Of a DNA stretch of 64,000 nt, positions 11,709 to 23,835 are shown piece after piece. This stretch comes from Adineta vaga (lineage: Eukaryota > Animalia > Rotifera). The stretch is taken from positions 17,298,001-17,362,000 of the forward strand of contig CP075492.1 of NCBI GenBank assembly GCA_021613535.1, written 5' to 3'. The translations under genes and the position numbers were made by a program. The notes under the pieces were generated by a model. It was not told the DNA's origin. It saw only the letters and a program-made list of their open reading frames with translations, and searched no databases. Each line of letters begins with the position of its first letter. Position 1 is the first letter of the stretch.

Positions 11709-14700
11709 TTAGATGAGTTTCTGTGAATTGAAAATAATACTACCGACATGGGATGTTATAGGTATGTATGAGTTATTTCGATTCCCAACTAATTGCTTTA
11801 CAAATGTTAATGGATTCGATATGAATTGAGCGTCTTGGAGATGTAAGTGAACACGATGCATTTTATTACTAACAAATCCATCAATAGCAATCCATCCTTT
11901 CCGAAAAGCTTTCTCTTCTTCTTTTGTTCGACGTCTTGGACATAAACTCAAACATTGACAATAAGCTCTTTGTTCATTACTTTTTTCAAAGTAAAGAGTA
12001 CCGTTAAAGACAAATAATGGTGCTAACCATTCAATTGGTAATTCATTAGATGATCTAATCGTTGGAGGAATTGTTAGTGTTGGAATATTAACAAAAATGG
12101 ATTGAATTCGTTTAGTACGAGGTAATAATAGGCGTAAAGTTGTATCAGACATATTATTGGAACGTAATCGACCAATTAACCAATTAGCTTCGAAAGGACT
12201 GATAAAAATAATGTGTTTATTTCGATAGAAAATAATCCATCGAGGTGGTCGTAAAAATGGATCTAATATTTCATCTTTTGTAGAAATAACTCGTTGAAAT
12301 TCAGTAGTAACCCAACAATTCTTTTGCCATGTATTTGATTGACAAATATTAAACAATGTTGTAGCATTAAAGGCATATACTATTGGTTGAAATATCTTTG
12401 ATAATTGTCTTAAATTTAATTCATCACAATGTGCATCACATAATTGTTTAATTTCTTCATGTAATATAGGATTAACTGGTGTTACAGATGATGGACGTGC
12501 TAATTGTCGTTCTTCTTCTAATTCTTGTTCTAGTTCTCGTTGTTGTTCTTCATCTAACAATTGTGATAGGCGTGTTTTCGATCCACTATATTCTTGCAAT
12601 TGTTTAAGAACTGCCATATGAATTTCTGGAGATAAACGATAATTATATTGTTGACATCGAACAGAATAAATAGCGTCTAATGTATACAAATCTTTCGATG
12701 TTCCATACATAGATTTTAATTCAATTATTTCAGGTTCTAAACATTGTTCAGCATACTCTTTCATTAGTCTATTTGACAATTTTTGTTGATTATTTTCGCA
12801 ATGAATCTTTTGTGAAGCATTTATCTTTCGTTGAAAATTTAAACTTTGTTCTGCCCAATGATGTAAACCTTCCCATGTCGAATGAATTGTATTTTGATAT
12901 ACCCAACGAAGAATATCAATGATATAACTTTGTTGATTTGAAGATAATTGTCTTTTTAATGCTATAATTTGTTGATGAACTTCATTAGAACTCCAAAATG
13001 TTAATGAATGTCCATGTCCTAATTGTCTCATTCTCATACATGCTTGAACAAATCGATCTTTTGTTAAACCATTACCTAATGTAACTGCTGCACGAAATCC
13101 TTGAGGAAACTTGAAATCTGTTCCACGAGTATGAATTTCATCTAAATAAAAAATACAATGATCTAATCGTTCACTAGCAGGAGATGTTTCAAATCGTTGA
13201 TGATGATATTGACGATCGCATACGACAATCGAATCAAGATCAAAATAGACAACATAATCAATTTCATGTTTATTCGATAGATTTAACCAATGAACAGCAA
13301 TATTACGATTTGTTTTATCAATCAATAATGCTCCAACATCTAAAATAACATGAATACTTTGTTTATATTCACAGATTTGTTTTAAAATATCATCTGAAGT
13401 TGCATTGATAGGTAAAACATGATAACTTTCATTTATATTTTGTAATAAATTATTTAGAACAATTGCATCTGTCTTCTGTAATTCAGATAATTCATATTGA
13501 TGAATATGTACAGGTAATAATAATTGTGTATCATTTGTACCACTAAATCCAGTTATAGATTTTGATCGTTTTGATGACGATAGATCCCATGCTGATGAAA
13601 CAATTTTATAAGGAAATTGTTTTGCTTCTCGTGGAAAAACAAAATGGTTGAGAAAATAATTGATAACTAACATATGATATCGAAATGTTGGAAAAATCTG
13701 TTCAGTTCGTTGATGATAATCTTCTAAATTTACTCCATTCCAATATTTGATACTTTTTGGAACTTGTTCCATTCCTTCATATAGTATCCATTGTTCATAA
13801 ATCGTTGCTGGATCACTTTCTCGTTCATTTAAACGATCAAAACATTGTATCAATTGTGAATCTGTTAAACCAGAATAATAATATGAAAGTTGTGTTAAAA
13901 CTAAAGCAACATCGGGATGTCCGAATTCAGTACGATCAGCTGCAACATCTTTTGCTCGAAAGGGTACAGCCATTGAACGATTAAATGATGGATTTGAATT
14001 AATACCATAATTAACTCGATGTCGTTTTTTCAAAGCAATTAATAAAACTTCTGATGACAATAAACCACGAATAATAAGAAATAATTGAATTTCATGAGAA
14101 GGAAATTTTTCAAGTAGATGATCAACAGATGAATTTGATTGTAAAATAAATTGGAGTATAATTCGTTTATCTTCTTGTCGATAATTTCGATTGTTAATCC
14201 AATCATACGCTATGTTTTCACATAAGAATGGATATGATTGATGTGATTGTAAACGAAGTTGTGGAAAATTACTTCTATGTTTTGAATCTTTAAAACATGT
14301 TTCTTGAGGAAAACGTTCAGAAATATAAGCAGCATTTTTTTTAACTAATTCAAGTATAATTTGAATTGTTTTCCATCGTTCTGTTCCTCCATCAACTTGT
14401 TGTTGACCACCAATTGTATAAATTAATTGATATTTAACATGTAAAATTTCATCTGATTCATCTAAAATATCACGTACATATGTTCTTATCCATTGTTGAA
14501 CAGTTAACATCGATTGTGCAGTAAGAAAATCACTTTGTCGACATTTATCAATAGTAAGAAGATCAAAAGAAAGAAGATCTTCTGGTGATGTTAATATTAT
14601 ATCATTATGTTGTAATGCTTGTTGAAAATGATGAGAAATTTTGAGAATTTGTTCATTTATTAACTTCATATCACGACGACATGTAAATATTAAAATACGT

Positions 14701-17700
14701 CGATTTAATAAACCACCTAATTTATATCGTAATGATTGATAATTTGTTGGAAGTAAAGATTTTAAAACTATCATACGAACTAAAGTTGAATTTATTGAAG
14801 ATAAATTAACAGCTAACATTGGTAAAATAACAGATGTTTTTCCTTCACCCATATTCATTTGCATAACGAGATTTTTACTATTTGGATCATTTGTTTGCAT
14901 CATATGATGTGCTACTTTAATTTGTATATCACGAATAATAATATTCATTTCAAGTTCTAAAATTAACCAAGATATATATTCAGATGGTATCCAATTTGAA
15001 TGTGGAATATTTGAAATTTCTTTTTTAAAATCTTCGTATTTATTTTGATAAATGAAATATAATGTTCGTTCCAATTGTTGTTCTAAAGTCCAATTAACAA
15101 CAATACCACCTAATAATGTATATTGATTTGGAGTTAAATCAATTGATAGAGATTGTTTAGTATTCATATTCTTTTGTTGTAAAATTGGGATGAGTACTGT
15201 TGGCATCATTCGGGGTAATACACCCGTTTTTATCAATAATTCATTTGATTTTAGTAATGATTTGATTAATTCAGTAGAGAATGTTATAGATTCTTCTTGA
15301 ATTGTATTGAGTAATTGTTTTATTTCATTTACAGATGGATATGTCTCTTCATATTGTTCGTTTGAAAGAAATTTATTCCAACTTTCATTTAATTGATTTT
15401 TAAAATAATTCTCAAGTTTCTTCAAACGATTCTCTTCATTATTAACAAAAGGAAAAATTTCCTCGGGAAATTGACGTTGTTGAGTAATTAACAAAGACTT
15501 TTTTTCTGTATCGAAATGACCTCTATAAGGATGATGAAATTTTTGTGTAGCTTTTAATACAAGTTCAGAATTTAGTACTTCATTGGAAGATTTGAATTGT
15601 ATTTGATAATGATCTTTGTATGATTCGATGTTAAATTGTTGAGTATTGTATGGTAGTTTAGTATGAAACTTTTCAATTGGAACGGAACAAATTAATCTTT
15701 GTACATATTGAAGAAAACGTCGAAGATAGCTGTTCGATCGCCAAGAACGTAACAATAGATTTATTTGAGTTATTTCTGTAGATGATATGAGATCATCATC
15801 AGAACATTCATAGCTACAATTTTGTCTCCAACAACGTTCAATTTCGGCTAGAATTTCGTTTCGTGCAGTGTTATTTGAAATTGGAATACGATGTGCTATA
15901 AATGATACTTCTTCAATATTTTGATAGTTAATAGATGGAGGAAATATAATTGAATTGAATGAAATAATTGGTACATTCAATGCTGTTTTTAACATTTGTA
16001 TATAAAATGGTTTGATTTGACGTTTATTCGAAATATAATGAAAAAAATTGAATAAACAATGAAGACGTTGAATACCAACTAGACGATACATAGTTGATGG
16101 ATTTTTGCAACCATCAACCAATTTTAATAAACTAATCCAAATATTTTCAAATTGATTTTCATTATTTAACCATTGAGACAAAGGCAACCACTGAATATTC
16201 ATCACATCTCTAAGTGTAACATTCCCATTTCTATACAAATCATCTACAAGTTGAATAACTGGATAATTAGTAGTTTCCGAAGCATTTTCTGAATTTGAAT
16301 GATATATCACAGGTTTATAAGAACATAAAATTTGATTTTCTATTTCAGAAGGTAATCTAGCGATAGGATTATATGAATCTCGATAGTCCCAATAGAGTTT
16401 CTTTAATAATGCTTCATTGTAGAATTTTCCTTGAAATAATTTAGGAATTTCGATAGAAGAATCTGATGAGTGAATGAAATCTAGTTGCCGACTAGCATTA
16501 ATGAGAGATTTTACAATCAAATAATAACCAAAATGTTGTAACGAAACTTGTAAACCATTATTATTCCAATCAATTTTTTCCATACAAGTCAAATTTTCGG
16601 GATAATAATCAACTTTTGGTGAAATAGAAGCAATTTGAGTAAGTATATTTAATGATAAAGAATCATATGGTTGATCTGACCAACAACCAGCTGAATTTAA
16701 CAACTGAAAAGCTCGTTCCATTCCTGTCATTGCTGTAAATTGATCTGGTAAGGGATGAGAAGTCATCGCATGTAATAATGCTAAATAAAGCCATCCAGTT
16801 GGACTATCCGTTGATTGAAGAATACATAATCGATCATTTAAAATAAAAACAAAATAATGTGAAAGAAATTCATCGGATAATAATGATGTTCGTTGTATTT
16901 TAACAGTTTGATGTTTATCATTCTGAATCGTACTATAAACTTTTCCAAATGGAACAATTAATTTTCGATATGAATAACACTTTGATTCATCGTTATTGAA
17001 TAGTAATGGTGAGAGTAGAAGTCCTGATGTTAGTCCAGTAAGTGTTCCTAACCATTGATCTTCATCAACACGCATATCTGAATATTCACGAGACATTATT
17101 ATTTGAGTTGATGTATCGTATTGAAAAGCAATTCTTAAACGAGATAAATGTATTGTTATAATGAGATTATTTTGTGAAAGATCATTTCCTATCATATAGA
17201 CATATGGTTTATCATCGAGACGAATAAAATATTGTAAAAATAACTTTTGAAATATTTCGGATGATTGATTAATTAGAATTTGTTTTGTTTTCATTTCATT
17301 CATTGTAATTAATTCTGTTTTTCGATCGAAAATATAGAATTTATTCTTTCGAAAATCGAGATCTTTAAAATAAATCGATCGAAATTCAATTCTATCAATT
17401 GTTGCATTCCACCAATGACTATAATTTGAAATAAACATATCCGGTAGTTCATCTTCAAAACATGTATGAGGAATTAATTCATTTATTTCATTTGTTATTA
17501 TATCTCGTTCTCTAATTGTTAAATATTTCGTTTGATCATTGAAATGAAATTCATATAAAACATTATTATCATCATGATATCCATGTTTTGTGATATAAGT
17601 ATTTGATATTTCGGCTGCTTGAACTTCAAAAACATGTTGACCAAATATTCGTATAAATAATGGATGAAAAATAATATTTTTAGGTAAAAAACCGATTGTC

Positions 17701-20700
17701 ATTCCATCAACTAAGAACGTACCTTTAATACAATCAATTGATACTAATCTCGATTTATATTGACAATCATACCAACCATCAAATGCATAATTCGTTCGTT
17801 TTTTCCAATGTTCTTTCATTTGACCTTTATTATTTCGCATAACTGCCCAATAGATCGTAACAAATTCATTTAAACTTTCATGCGATGTTTTCTGAAGAAA
17901 TTTTGCTACTAATGGTTGTATTACTACTAATATGCGTTGAGCATATCGAATTAGATTTCTCATAAATGTACTAATAATTGATTGATTCGTATTTAAAATA
18001 ATATTATCATGAATAGTAGCTGCGGCTTTCAGTAAAGATGTAATATCATTATTCGATGATATAATATTTATATTTCGATCTTCATGAGTTGAAAATGTTA
18101 AAACGCAAGCAATAGCAATATTGATCATTTTAATTCGAAGTCTTTCGACTTCATCAAACGCTGTTGGTGTAATTGTTTGTATTGTTTTCGTTATTAATTG
18201 AATCCAATTTTCACCAATTTGACGAGATTTTCTAATTAAATCTATCAGTTCATTGACTTTTGATGAATTACAAATAGTTAATATTCTCATTATAATTATT
18301 GAAATAATTACTAAGATAAATTCATTTTGCCAATTTGATTTACATTGATCTAATCGATGATTTAATCTTAAGATTAATTCATCAACAAAATGATCTTCTA
18401 ATAAATCACGGTGAGATTCCGGACACCAACTATCAGGTAATGTTCGAAGATTTCTTGTTATCGAACCATATTGAAGTAATGAATGCATGATTAATATTGA
18501 AACACTTTCTTCAGATAGTAATAAAGAATCCATTTCAAAAATAATTAAAAGATTCCACCATTGTAAACGATGACCTGAACGAAATGAACCAAATTCGACA
18601 AATTGTGTTGGTTTCAATCGTGTTGAACAATCAGCTAATCGAGCGATAACCTCATTTTGTAAAAAATCTGTGTTAAATACTGTGAATTGCAATTTTTTAT
18701 AATCGGAATGATCAAGTTGAGGTGTCAGAATGATCAATTCATCATTGAAATCAATTGGTTGCTTTGGTGAAATTTCAACTTTTAAACTATTTTCAAATAA
18801 AAAATTAGTGACTGATGTCGAGGCAACTGAGGGTGGAGTTGAATAATGAGTTTGCATAAGAGATTTCGTTGATGAAACTAATTTGACTTTAGATTCGATT
18901 GAATTTTTATTATAACTTTTTAATTTACTATCATGTGGAGGAACTTTTAACCATTCGAAAATATTTTTCTTTGTATCACTTTGAAGACGATTAATAAATT
19001 GCCAAAGAATATCTCGATAACATCTGATTTCAATAGGCATTTGCAATTCAAAAATCATTGCTAATGCACTTTCATTACTCGTTGGTATTGGACATTCAAA
19101 AATTTGCACTCGAATATTATTTGCACTTTTCAATGTTTTACATCGAGTACATGATTTTTTACTACGACCACTTTGATTATGGTGACACGAAGTTCTATTT
19201 ACTATGGCCATCATTTCTGCATATCGTTGCTTTGCGTTATTAACTTCTTTGATTTTGTTTTCTTTATCATTTTCAGCTTGTTTTCGAATTGCTTGAATAG
19301 CATTAAGCATTATTGTTGATTGACTGGCATAATAAACTCCGAAAGCATTTTCCGATTCGATATTATTTAAAAGATCAGGATATGAATTTTCATAAAAACG
19401 TTCGAAATATTTATATAGATCATATGCTCGAATCATATCATCTCGGGTTGGTAAAATTAATAATTCGAACAAATCGAATAAATTTGGAATATCAATAGAA
19501 TGTTGTTTTAATCGTACAAAGCCTTCATCTTCACATAATTTCTTATGCATACAATGAATAATTGTTAATGATGTTAAAATAAAACGACTGTAACCAATAG
19601 AATCATTAGGACCTTTTTCTGGACAATAATGTGTTAATGCAACATCTCTGTATGTTTCGAAGAGATGAAATAAAATTTCAAAACGATTTTTCTTATTAAT
19701 TATTGATGGATTACGATTGAGCCATTGTTCTAAGCATAATTCAATCCAAATTTCAATAATAGTCAAAGCAATATCTGTTGTACATTTCATTTTATTTATT
19801 AATATATCATATAAAGGAATATAATCATCTTGATTAATTGTACTTGGATCATTATATACATTTATACCTTTGAATGGAAGAGATGTTTTATTTGAATTCA
19901 TAGAATTACATAAATAAGTTTGTAATTTTATGCAGGAATGTTCATAAATTTTCTGATTTTTATGAAGTTTAGAACAATTTTCAAGAAATTTATGACGAAG
20001 TTTTTCATCGATTTGAATTGAATCTTGCCAATCGGAATTGGAAATTATTCTTCTTAGTTCAAATTCAATTTGTTGTTTTGTATAATTTATCCATGTTTTA
20101 ATACTTTTATCAATGAAATTAATAGATAATAATAAACCTTCGATTTTATTTAATCTTCGTGTAATTTTTCTCATAGAATGAACCAATAAATCAATACACA
20201 TTGGTATTTTCTGAATAACATACGTCAAAAATTGAGTTAGTAATAATTTATAGATAATTGTACCAAGATTTTGTAAACGTTTAATTAAAATTGTATGTAA
20301 TACTATTTTAATTGTCATCCATAATCCTGAACGTCGAAATGGAAGTTTGGCTTTATTCCATCGAATTTGATCACGATGTTTTTTCTTGAATTGAACAGAT
20401 TCACAAGAGTTTTTCTCAATTTTTATATTGTCGAATTGTTCAATCCACCAACGACATACATAATGTGATTGTGGAACTTCACGCGTTTCATCAACTATAT
20501 TCGATGATTTGTAAGATTTAGAATATTCAATTGTATTTATCATAAAATCCATTAATAATTCACATTGAACTTTCGAAGTCAATTCTGATCGATCATGTAA
20601 TCGATATGTTGTTACTGGAAAACAGGAAAAATGAGGCATTAATGAAGAAGTTATCACATCAGTTGGTAATAGTACTTGCCATGCCGATATTAATGGGTGA

Positions 20701-21047
20701 TTTGTATTATTTTGATCCATTTCAATTAAAATCGCAGTATTTTGTGCATGGAAATAAAGAGGAAGGAAATGACCTGATGGCAATTGTTCAATAGTCGATT
20801 GAATATTTTTTATCGAATAGTTTTGCCGACTTTGCAAGTGAGACCAACGATCGATACAATCCATTAAGATACTGTATATTGGTAATTTCCTCCCTATATC
20901 AGTCGATCGAATCGTATGAAAATATCCATTGACATATTCCAACAATTCATGTTCATTTTGATGATTTTGTCCAGTTAAATAATCATTATCAGCAGACGAT
21001 GGTAAATATTGTGGAAGAAAAAGATGATTTAAAATTGATTCGTTCAT
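11709..21047 (-). CDS. Giant DUF3638/DUF3645-type P-loop (SF2/SecA-like) protein
   Basis: Intronless 3112 aa with QMNMGEGKTSVI (Walker A), LDESDEILH (Walker B-like), RVNYG..AVPFRAKD..EFGHPDV, GFSGTND, LDEIHTRGTD, QACMRMR and N-terminal HLFLPQYLP. Confidence 0.88.
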   Translation of the reverse strand: MNESILNHLFLPQYLPSSADNDYLTGQNHQNEHELLEYVNGYFHTIRSTDIGRKLPIYSILMDCIDRWSHLQSRQNYSIKNIQSTIEQLPSGHFLPLYFHAQNTAILIEMDQNNTNHPLISAWQVLLPTDVITSSLMPHFSCFPVTTYRLHDRSELTSKVQCELLMDFMINTIEYSKSYKSSNIVDETREVPQSHYVCRWWIEQFDNIKIEKNSCESVQFKKKHRDQIRWNKAKLPFRRSGLWMTIKIVLHTILIKRLQNLGTIIYKLLLTQFLTYVIQKIPMCIDLLVHSMRKITRRLNKIEGLLLSINFIDKSIKTWINYTKQQIEFELRRIISNSDWQDSIQIDEKLRHKFLENCSKLHKNQKIYEHSCIKLQTYLCNSMNSNKTSLPFKGINVYNDPSTINQDDYIPLYDILINKMKCTTDIALTIIEIWIELCLEQWLNRNPSIINKKNRFEILFHLFETYRDVALTHYCPEKGPNDSIGYSRFILTSLTIIHCMHKKLCEDEGFVRLKQHSIDIPNLFDLFELLILPTRDDMIRAYDLYKYFERFYENSYPDLLNNIESENAFGVYYASQSTIMLNAIQAIRKQAENDKENKIKEVNNAKQRYAEMMAIVNRTSCHHNQSGRSKKSCTRCKTLKSANNIRVQIFECPIPTSNESALAMIFELQMPIEIRCYRDILWQFINRLQSDTKKNIFEWLKVPPHDSKLKSYNKNSIESKVKLVSSTKSLMQTHYSTPPSVASTSVTNFLFENSLKVEISPKQPIDFNDELIILTPQLDHSDYKKLQFTVFNTDFLQNEVIARLADCSTRLKPTQFVEFGSFRSGHRLQWWNLLIIFEMDSLLLSEESVSILIMHSLLQYGSITRNLRTLPDSWCPESHRDLLEDHFVDELILRLNHRLDQCKSNWQNEFILVIISIIIMRILTICNSSKVNELIDLIRKSRQIGENWIQLITKTIQTITPTAFDEVERLRIKMINIAIACVLTFSTHEDRNINIISSNNDITSLLKAAATIHDNIILNTNQSIISTFMRNLIRYAQRILVVIQPLVAKFLQKTSHESLNEFVTIYWAVMRNNKGQMKEHWKKRTNYAFDGWYDCQYKSRLVSIDCIKGTFLVDGMTIGFLPKNIIFHPLFIRIFGQHVFEVQAAEISNTYITKHGYHDDNNVLYEFHFNDQTKYLTIRERDIITNEINELIPHTCFEDELPDMFISNYSHWWNATIDRIEFRSIYFKDLDFRKNKFYIFDRKTELITMNEMKTKQILINQSSEIFQKLFLQYFIRLDDKPYVYMIGNDLSQNNLIITIHLSRLRIAFQYDTSTQIIMSREYSDMRVDEDQWLGTLTGLTSGLLLSPLLFNNDESKCYSYRKLIVPFGKVYSTIQNDKHQTVKIQRTSLLSDEFLSHYFVFILNDRLCILQSTDSPTGWLYLALLHAMTSHPLPDQFTAMTGMERAFQLLNSAGCWSDQPYDSLSLNILTQIASISPKVDYYPENLTCMEKIDWNNNGLQVSLQHFGYYLIVKSLINASRQLDFIHSSDSSIEIPKLFQGKFYNEALLKKLYWDYRDSYNPIARLPSEIENQILCSYKPVIYHSNSENASETTNYPVIQLVDDLYRNGNVTLRDVMNIQWLPLSQWLNNENQFENIWISLLKLVDGCKNPSTMYRLVGIQRLHCLFNFFHYISNKRQIKPFYIQMLKTALNVPIISFNSIIFPPSINYQNIEEVSFIAHRIPISNNTARNEILAEIERCWRQNCSYECSDDDLISSTEITQINLLLRSWRSNSYLRRFLQYVQRLICSVPIEKFHTKLPYNTQQFNIESYKDHYQIQFKSSNEVLNSELVLKATQKFHHPYRGHFDTEKKSLLITQQRQFPEEIFPFVNNEENRLKKLENYFKNQLNESWNKFLSNEQYEETYPSVNEIKQLLNTIQEESITFSTELIKSLLKSNELLIKTGVLPRMMPTVLIPILQQKNMNTKQSLSIDLTPNQYTLLGGIVVNWTLEQQLERTLYFIYQNKYEDFKKEISNIPHSNWIPSEYISWLILELEMNIIIRDIQIKVAHHMMQTNDPNSKNLVMQMNMGEGKTSVILPMLAVNLSSINSTLVRMIVLKSLLPTNYQSLRYKLGGLLNRRILIFTCRRDMKLINEQILKISHHFQQALQHNDIILTSPEDLLSFDLLTIDKCRQSDFLTAQSMLTVQQWIRTYVRDILDESDEILHVKYQLIYTIGGQQQVDGGTERWKTIQIILELVKKNAAYISERFPQETCFKDSKHRSNFPQLRLQSHQSYPFLCENIAYDWINNRNYRQEDKRIILQFILQSNSSVDHLLEKFPSHEIQLFLIIRGLLSSEVLLIALKKRHRVNYGINSNPSFNRSMAVPFRAKDVAADRTEFGHPDVALVLTQLSYYYSGLTDSQLIQCFDRLNERESDPATIYEQWILYEGMEQVPKSIKYWNGVNLEDYHQRTEQIFPTFRYHMLVINYFLNHFVFPREAKQFPYKIVSSAWDLSSSKRSKSITGFSGTNDTQLLLPVHIHQYELSELQKTDAIVLNNLLQNINESYHVLPINATSDDILKQICEYKQSIHVILDVGALLIDKTNRNIAVHWLNLSNKHEIDYVVYFDLDSIVVCDRQYHHQRFETSPASERLDHCIFYLDEIHTRGTDFKFPQGFRAAVTLGNGLTKDRFVQACMRMRQLGHGHSLTFWSSNEVHQQIIALKRQLSSNQQSYIIDILRWVYQNTIHSTWEGLHHWAEQSLNFQRKINASQKIHCENNQQKLSNRLMKEYAEQCLEPEIIELKSMYGTSKDLYTLDAIYSVRCQQYNYRLSPEIHMAVLKQLQEYSGSKTRLSQLLDEEQQRELEQELEEERQLARPSSVTPVNPILHEEIKQLCDAHCDELNLRQLSKIFQPIVYAFNATTLFNICQSNTWQKNCWVTTEFQRVISTKDEILDPFLRPPRWIIFYRNKHIIFISPFEANWLIGRLRSNNMSDTTLRLLLPRTKRIQSIFVNIPTLTIPPTIRSSNELPIEWLAPLFVFNGTLYFEKSNEQRAYCQCLSLCPRRRTKEEEKAFRKGWIAIDGFVSNKMHRVHLHLQDAQFISNPLTFVKQLVGNRNNSYIPITSHVGSIIFNSQKLI

Positions 21048-22035
21048 TTCCTACAATTAATTACATAAACTGAAATCAAAGTTTAATTAATAATATGATG
21101 CGACAACTATATGTCTTATGAATATTTTGCTCCTTTATCTACTAGTCGAGACAAACACGACGCGATATATGATGTTAAAGAAAAGATAACGATGGTTGAG
21201 AATCATGTGAGACGTTTTATAATAAATCTATTAGAAGAAGGACGAATGAAAATTAATAGGATATCAGAATCATCGAGTTAATAAATTTCGTAGTATCATA
21301 ATTGAAAGAATTTGATAGAAGATTCTAGAAACCATATTCTGAATTTTTCTGTTGATATAATAAAAAAAATGTCGCTAGTCGTATAGATTTCTAAACGAAC
21401 AATTATTTATACATTGTGATAGATCTATGAAGAATATATTAAATTAAATGATGTGTCAAACGCTTTGATGCTGAAATCGAATAAACGTTTATACTTCGAA
21501 ACATGTGGCTTTATTTACTCACCTAATAAATGTTTTTGAAAATTATTTTGTATGCATATGCTTTTCATAGTTAACATTTTCTTGCGTTTTATACGATCAC
21601 GTCATATATGTAGAAAAAAAATTAAAGTGTTTTTTTTTAAAATGCTTATTGTGTAAACAAAATAGAACGAAAAAATATTTTTTTTGCTATAGCAAGGTTC
21701 CGTGCAAAATGTACAGCTATTTTTCTCTGAATATTTCATAGTTTTTTTGTAACCATAACTCGTTTCAGATGTATATCTCTCTCTCATATGATTGAACCAA
21801 TACCGACACTCAAATGGAATAATCGAAAAAACAATGCATAATTTCATGAGTGTTCGAGCTTCTTCTATCTCAAATCATCACAATTAGAATATTCTTTTCT
21901 TATTTTGAATTATTTAACTTAATTAATGTTATTCATTTCATCATTCGATTTTGTATTCCATTGTGTATTTGAGAGATTCTCATATATTTTTTACTCGATG
22001 AACATTCTTTTTTCTTTTCTCATCATTATCTCGAT

Positions 22036-22974
22036 ATGTCTACATCAACAATGTTGTATATTTGGCAAAGAAATCTATTTCGATTTGGTGGTCCAATATT
22101 AATATTTCTTGGTAGTATTAGTTGTTTAATAAATCTATTAGTTTTTACAAAAGATTCTTTACGAAAAAATCCATGTACGATTTGTTTTATAGTCATTAAT
22201 ACACTTAATTTTATTTGTTTTTATTTGGTTCTTCTTATTACAACACTCGCTATTGGTTATGATATCGATCCAAGTTCACAAAATCTTTATTTTTGTCGAT
22301 TTCGTTTTTATATTGCTTATGTTTTTGCATCTTGGAATGCAACTTGTCTGATTTTAGCATCAATTGATCGTACAATAGTCACTTCATCAAAAGCCAATAT
22401 AAGAAAATTAAGTACACGTCGAACAATTTTAATATATTTATTTAGTTTAAATTTCTTTTGGATGATATTTCATATTCATACATTTTTTTATATGGAAATT
22501 CAAGAATTTCAATCAAATTCTTTTATTTGTTATTATCAACCAGGTGTTTATACTTTATTTATAACTTATTATTTACTTTTATTCCATGGATTTCTTCCAC
22601 CTTTATTAATGACAATATTTGGATGTTTAACAGTAAAGAATATTCGTCAAGTTAGTCATAAAATAATTCCAACAAATATATCACAAATTGGAAGACAATA
22701 TATTCTTCAATCAAAAGATCGACAATTAATTCGAATGTTATTTGTTGATATAATTAGTTATACAATTAGTAAACTTCCATATGCATTTTATTATCTTTAT
22801 CAACAAATAACACAAGATGAAAAGAAAAATATTGAACAACAATTAATTGAACAATCAATTCTTATTTTAACTTATTTTATATTCTTTATTGAGAATAGTA
22901 TTAGTGGATATACAAATATATTAGTATCAAAGACTTTTCGAACAGAAATAAAACGAATCATTTCAAATACATGA
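22036..22974 (+). CDS. Rhodopsin-like GPCR (bdelloid-type expansion)
   Basis: 312 aa with 7 hydrophobic segments, LRKNPC, LASIDR, DRQLIRML and SKTFR. Confidence 0.9.
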   Translation: MSTSTMLYIWQRNLFRFGGPILIFLGSISCLINLLVFTKDSLRKNPCTICFIVINTLNFICFYLVLLITTLAIGYDIDPSSQNLYFCRFRFYIAYVFASWNATCLILASIDRTIVTSSKANIRKLSTRRTILIYLFSLNFFWMIFHIHTFFYMEIQEFQSNSFICYYQPGVYTLFITYYLLLFHGFLPPLLMTIFGCLTVKNIRQVSHKIIPTNISQIGRQYILQSKDRQLIRMLFVDIISYTISKLPYAFYYLYQQITQDEKKNIEQQLIEQSILILTYFIFFIENSISGYTNILVSKTFRTEIKRIISNT

Positions 22975-23542
22975 TTTAGCTTTTTATTGAAACGAATAAA
23001 TATTGTGATCTTTGTAATAAATCAGATAATTCTTCAACTATGGTTGAAAGTATTCCTGTATTGAGAATGAGATTATATTCCTCGAAATATCGATTTTAAT
23101 TGTTCGTAAAATAAAAAATAAACCAGGTCAGTCAACCCAACTGCAATATCCGATCAACTTTCGTTGTATTTAGATCGGTTAATGTGATCCAGATCATTGA
23201 AAATGAATTCTATAGATATTGTTTTATCATTCGAAAATATTGCACTATTTTGAATGTATGAAAAAATGTTCGTTTAGACGATACTTTATTCAAAATTATA
23301 TTACATAAATACATTACGACGAAAGAAATCCTTATAAATTCTAAAGAATGATTTAAATATTAGCTAGTATATTATGTCTATCATCTTATCAAAAAGTAGC
23401 GTATGATTATTCGTTTTTTTTTAGAATCAATCTAGTGTATTGTATGATTACTATTAGCGGGGTAGAATACGATAACTTTGAACTATATAATTAAATACAA
23501 CTATCAGCATTGGGGAAAAAGCGGATCCTAGGATCTGAGAGA

Positions 23543-23593
23543 ATCGAGCGTGTGAGGTATAGATGTAGGTAAAGAAAATATACTCTTACACCT
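23543..23593 (+). repeat. Hairpin element E6 (very degenerate)
   Basis: ATCGAGCGTGTGAGGT..GATGTAGGT...TACTCTTACACC; lies between two genes like the other copies. Confidence 0.35.
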
Positions 23594-23835
23594 TGAATAA
23601 GTCGTCTCTATTCTTCATTATAAGCCTTTTCTTCCCAATGTCAACATTACATCACACACATAGCCTCCAATTTTTTTCCAACTTCTGTGTAAATAAAGAG
23701 GTTGCTTTTTCATTTAATTTTTTTTGCGCAGTAGTCTATAAATAAACTTTTGCTTTCGGATGTTGGAAAGAAATAATCAGTCCGATCGTCTTATATAAAT
23801 CAATTCAGATTCTGTTGTATCAGCATCATTTATTC

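Noticed and set aside
13757-20794. Short + strand ORFs inside the giant gene
   Set aside because: They are antisense shadow ORFs.
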